Assembly (NCBI GenBank): GCA_032718475.1
Contig: JAUCBJ010001286.1
Location: 62,001-126,000, forward strand
Direction of reading: 5' to 3'
DNA: 64,000 bases
Source of the DNA: Nemertoderma westbladi
Lineage: Eukaryota; Animalia; Xenacoelomorpha
In this document: piece by piece, positions 60,180 through 64,000 of the stretch
Numbering within the stretch: position 1 is the first letter of the stretch
How the letters are laid out: the number at the start of each line of letters is the position of its first letter
The notes under the pieces: generated by a model
What the model was told of the DNA's origin: nothing
The model's database searches: none
The model's input: only the letters and a program-made list of their open reading frames with translations
Program-made: the position numbers and the translations under genes

Positions 60180-61423
60180 TGTAAAAGCTTCTGTGGGATA
60201 TAACTGGCCCTTTTGCTTCGCAATCCAGTTTCCCCCCTAGGCGCTGGAATACTCTAAAAGGCTCTCTAACTATATATATAATTTCCCCTCGCCCGCAAGG
60301 TACCGTTATAGGTGTTTTAACGGACATAAAAGTCATTCTTCTATATACGTGTTTTGGCGGACATGGTAAGGCAAAAAACCCGCAATGCACCAAATACCTT
60401 TACACAGCTTATCCTTGATGATTCAGATTACGACATCTAACAGCTGGTTGCTGACATGGGAACAGCCATTGGACACGTAGTTCTTTGTTTAGCTTAAGCC
60501 AATCAGAGCGATTTTTTCTGTCGATGTGGAGATATTCGGCCGATCATACTAGGAGTGTTCAGTCTTACTGTTTTTTCTTGATACTGTTGTGTTGTTGCTA
60601 TCTAGGCCAGGAACACCGGCTCTAGAGTCAATTCGTTTTCATACTTTTAGAAGAAACATTAGTAGGCTTAAGATTATAGAGCGTATAACTGTTATCAACT
60701 CACATATCAGTCCAGTTCATATCATATCTTAACCTACCGTCTTAATGCTGTTTACTGTTGTGTTTTGGTTGAATATTATTTGGAGAACATATATAAAGAA
60801 CCCAAATTTCCCAATTTTCTTGATACACTACAGGTTAGAGAGACGGGTTATATATAGCGATTGCGACTTATATTATTGTGGTTTGTAGTGAATTTAATGC
60901 TATTTGATAAGCGCTACATGAGTCCGTTGCTGTTCTCTTTATATATGATAAAATTCATTGACGGTCGGCAAATTAGTGAGCAGTATTGTGTGTTACCGGT
61001 AGCGTGCATGATTGTGGCTGATAACTAAGCATTTCCTAAAGAATGCGCCTCATACGTGAATCATAAGCCTTACCGACTTACCGTTGTGATTAGTATAAGT
61101 CATATCTCTGTTTACTTAGATAGAGCGCCACGTCCTAAAGGAACTGTTAATATTTCCCGAAAGTGAATAATATTGGTCAGAAATTATTTATTAACGATCA
61201 ATCGAATAATACAGTAAGCTTACACTGCAATAATAATCTAAGCCCTCAGAATCCAGTCTCCCGGGTATATCCAGCGGGTGAATGGACGCGCACTAGGCTG
61301 GCTTCTGCTAATGTTGTGTTTATTGGTATTAAATATTTGTCATCTTCTAAAGTCTATTTATAAACCAAAAGACATATAAATTTTGGCAGGTTAAACTGCT
61401 AAAGGTCTTCAAAAGCGCGTACA
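60180..61423 (+). repeat. 3' LTR
   Basis: Same length as the 5' LTR; only one mismatch noticed by eye (A48796 vs G61110). Confidence 0.97.
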
Positions 61424-61729
61424 AATCACTACAGTTAGGTATATGGCTTGTACAACTACAGTACAGTACGATAATCATAGTGCAATTGTTACTGTTTAAC
61501 ACAATATAGGCAATTTAGTACATAATATACGCCATTTAGTACATAATATAATATACGCAATTTTAGTGTTAAATATTAAATATTTACAACAATGTTCAAT
61601 TCTCAGTTGAAATAAAATGAATATAGAACGTAATTGATACAGAAACTAAGAACATAATTGAATATAATATAATATACAGTATAAGCGTTATAATACTCCA
61701 GTTAAATAAAAATAATAAAATGGTAATGG

Positions 61730-62035
61730 TAGCCGACAGCAAGTCGGTAGCAGACACCATGTCGGCAGACACTATGTCGGCACTATGTCAGACACTAGAT
61801 CGGCTGTCTGCTGTAGGTTGACTGCCGTCGGTTTGTCTGCTATTGGTTTATCTGCTTTCTGCTCTGTAAGTTGACTTGTTGCTGTCGCCTGTCTACCGTC
61901 GGTTTGTCTGCTGTCAGTTTTCTGTTGTCGCGGTTGTCTGCCGTCGGTTGTCTGCTGTCGTTTGTCTGCTGTTGGCTGTCATCGGTTGTTGGATGTCGGT
62001 TTTCTGCTGTTTGGCTGTCTACTGTCGGTTGCCTG
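61730..62035 (-). repeat. Degenerate minisatellite TCTGCTGTCGGTTG (mostly the reverse complement of the 46487-46690 array)
   Basis: Visible repeats GTCTGCCGTCGGTTGTCTGCTGTC and similar from ~61800; short GCAGACAC/GTCGG units at 61730-61800. Confidence 0.8.
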
Positions 62036-62883
62036 ATGAATTTCACAGACGTTATACAGCATTAGTTACTTTACAGTAGGTACGGTACCGAACCAACATT
62101 ATTTCATTAACTTCTGCAACAAAGCCGCTAGAAAGAAGATATTTTTTCCCCTTCGTTCCGAAATAGGGACCCCCATGCTGCCATGGCCCTTTGTTGGGTT
62201 AAGGACCCATATACTCGGCTACTGTATGGCCGACAAGGCAGATATGGTAATCTGACTCTGACAATGGCTGGTTCGGATTAGAGCGCTGGCATAGAGCGCC
62301 GTATTGATGTTTGCACTATTGTGTATTATTTTAACCAGCGATTTACCTATTAAATCTATATTAAATGTAAAAAAAATTAACTATGCTCTTTCAATACAAA
62401 ACATGCTGGCTTACCCTGACATGTACTCATGTACAGGATGTACTATATTATTGTAATAAAGCCTAGAATTTAGTAAATTTAACCAAAAAAATATTTAACT
62501 TTCTTTCGTCGGAAAAAAGTAAATTAGGCCTATTGCAATCCTGAAGTATGGGTTTACTTTCTCACTAAGCTGCTAAGTGCTAAGGAAAAGGACTCCTTTT
62601 TAGATCGATTTTGAGGTAGGCATATATTCGTGCGCAAAAGTAACAAAATTTCAAAAACATGAAAAAAACATAATAAAAACATATTGCTTTACATTCACGA
62701 TCAGACATTAGCGTACACTGCTGCATTGAGACTGTTACACTGTTACCCCATCCTACTGCCTACCGCCCGCCCCTTACTGCCTTACGTCCTCACAATCTCT
62801 GGTCTTACCATACTGCCATAGGCCTAGTGCAGTACAACAGTAGTTTAGCACTACTGCACTACGGTACATAACTAGGCAAAGTA

Positions 62884-63317
62884 CAGTCAGGAACACTGGT
62901 CACAATGTCCAATTTACAGCCAGAATGTGTCCGCGGAAAACGCTCTCAGAGTGAAATTTCTCCATAGAAAACAATGCTAAATTTCATTTGAAAACCGGCA
63001 GTGCTGCAGTGAAATTTTAACATTGGCATTCTAAAAATTATGCCATTAGAATCACCATAAAATTCTGTATAGGCCTAAATTAATTTGAGAATTAGAATCT
63101 CATCGTTGGGATAACTATCATAATATTAAAAATAAAAATGTGCCCAGCTTCTGCTTTGAGTACTAGTGGAGTTACAGCCAAAATATGTCCGGAAATATAA
63201 TCGCAGCCTGTGAAGGACAAATACAGAAATAGTGGCTGCACGGACACTTTCTGGCTGTAAATATGTGGACAATTTTTGGCTGAGCTTCAGCCAGAAAGTG
63301 ACCAGTGTTCCTAACTG
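62884..63317. mobile_element. MITE-like element with 20 bp terminal inverted repeats
   Basis: CAGTCAGGAACACTGGTCAC at 62884 and GTGACCAGTGTTCCTAACTG ending at 63317 (19/20). Inner inverted pair ATTTACAGCCAGAATGTGTCCG / CGGACACTTTCTGGCTGTAAAT. TA present on the left flank only. Confidence 0.65.
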
Positions 63318-63475
63318 ACTGACTGAAGTTGCGTACCGTAGGCCTGTCTGCCTGTAGGCCTAATAGAAAACACCTCAACTTCTAAAACTAAACTAAAACT
63401 ATACCAGTATACGTACGTATACCAGTATACGGTATTATTTCATTCAGTACCGGTATTGATGATCGAAGCTGAAAA

Positions 63476-64000
63476 ATGAATCTTTGTTTGAATGTGATTA
63501 TAAACATAGTACGATGGATCCCGGTTGTATTTATATGGGGGATAATCGGATGGTCCTATTACGCCTACGTAGTCGCAATGTGCAGCTACACCGTGGTCTC
63601 TATTACAGAGAAAACTATATACCTGGTGTTGTACCACTTGTTATTCATCCTATTTATATGGTCCTACTGGCAGGCGATATTCACTCCGGTTTGGGAGCCG
63701 CCGCGGCAGTATTTCCTCGACTCTTCGCAGAAGGCGCAACTCGATAGCGACGATCGCGCCGACGTACAGCAGGAGCTGTTACGTGAGTTCGCGAGGGATC
63801 TTCCCATACAGACGTACACGACTACAGGACTAGTTCGCTACTGCGACGTCTGCTGCTGCATCAAGCCGGACCGCGCCCATCACTGCTCGCTCTGCCGCAA
63901 ATGCGTTCTAAAGATGGACCATCACTGCCCATGGGTTAATAGCTGCGTCTCCTTCTCAAACTACAAATTCTTTCTGCTATTTCTCGGCTACGGAATATTT
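63476..64000 (+). CDS. DHHC palmitoyltransferase, ZDHHC2/15/20 subfamily, 3' end beyond the window
   Basis: Hand translation, 175 codons: [33 protein letters not shown]...[52 protein letters not shown]; two TM segments and a complete DHHC-CRD. Confidence 0.95.
   Translation, partial: MNLCLNVIINIVRWIPVVFIWGIIGWSYYAYVVAMCSYTVVSITEKTIYLVLYHLLFILFIWSYWQAIFTPVWEPPRQYFLDSSQKAQLDSDDRADVQQELLREFARDLPIQTYTTTGLVRYCDVCCCIKPDRAHHCSLCRKCVLKMDHHCPWVNSCVSFSNYKFFLLFLGYGIF

Larger units (their letters stand above)
47866..61423 (+). mobile_element. Full-length BEL/Pao (Belpaoviridae) LTR retrotransposon, recent insertion
   Basis: Two 1244 bp LTRs (TGTA...TACA) and a 5 bp TSD AATCA at 47861-47865 and 61424-61428. 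Domain order is Gag (three Cys/His motifs)-PR-RT(YMDD)-RNaseH-IN. Confidence 0.97.

Overview
AT-rich eukaryotic (animal-like) genomic DNA; the organism cannot be named from the sequence. It holds five host-type genes that are intron-free across their visible CDS: an EF-hand/WD40 protein (WDR49/WDY-like, cut by the left edge), a BC-box + LRR protein, a classical SDR, NSRP1 and a ZDHHC2/15/20-type palmitoyltransferase (cut by the right edge). About 24 kb (11.9-35.8 kb) is one complex satellite of 19-25 bp monomers with a 90 bp higher-order unit. There are decayed RTE-like LINE pieces and MITEs. A very young, complete 13.6 kb BEL/Pao LTR retrotransposon spans 47866-61423 (1244 bp LTRs, AATCA TSD) and is the best candidate for a novel system. 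It lacks a tRNA primer-binding site, and the 11 nt after the 5' LTR are instead complementary to an 11-mer inside the LTR, as in Tf1-like self-priming. It has a hairpin-packed 2.2 kb leader and an integrase lacking the usual C-terminal domain. An extra ORF in the env position, preceded by a splice acceptor, encodes a triple CCHC zinc-finger protein with a basic NLS-like tail. A TACCGGTA motif lies just upstream of three host start codons and is multimerised upstream of gag. All calls were made by eye, with no database searches.
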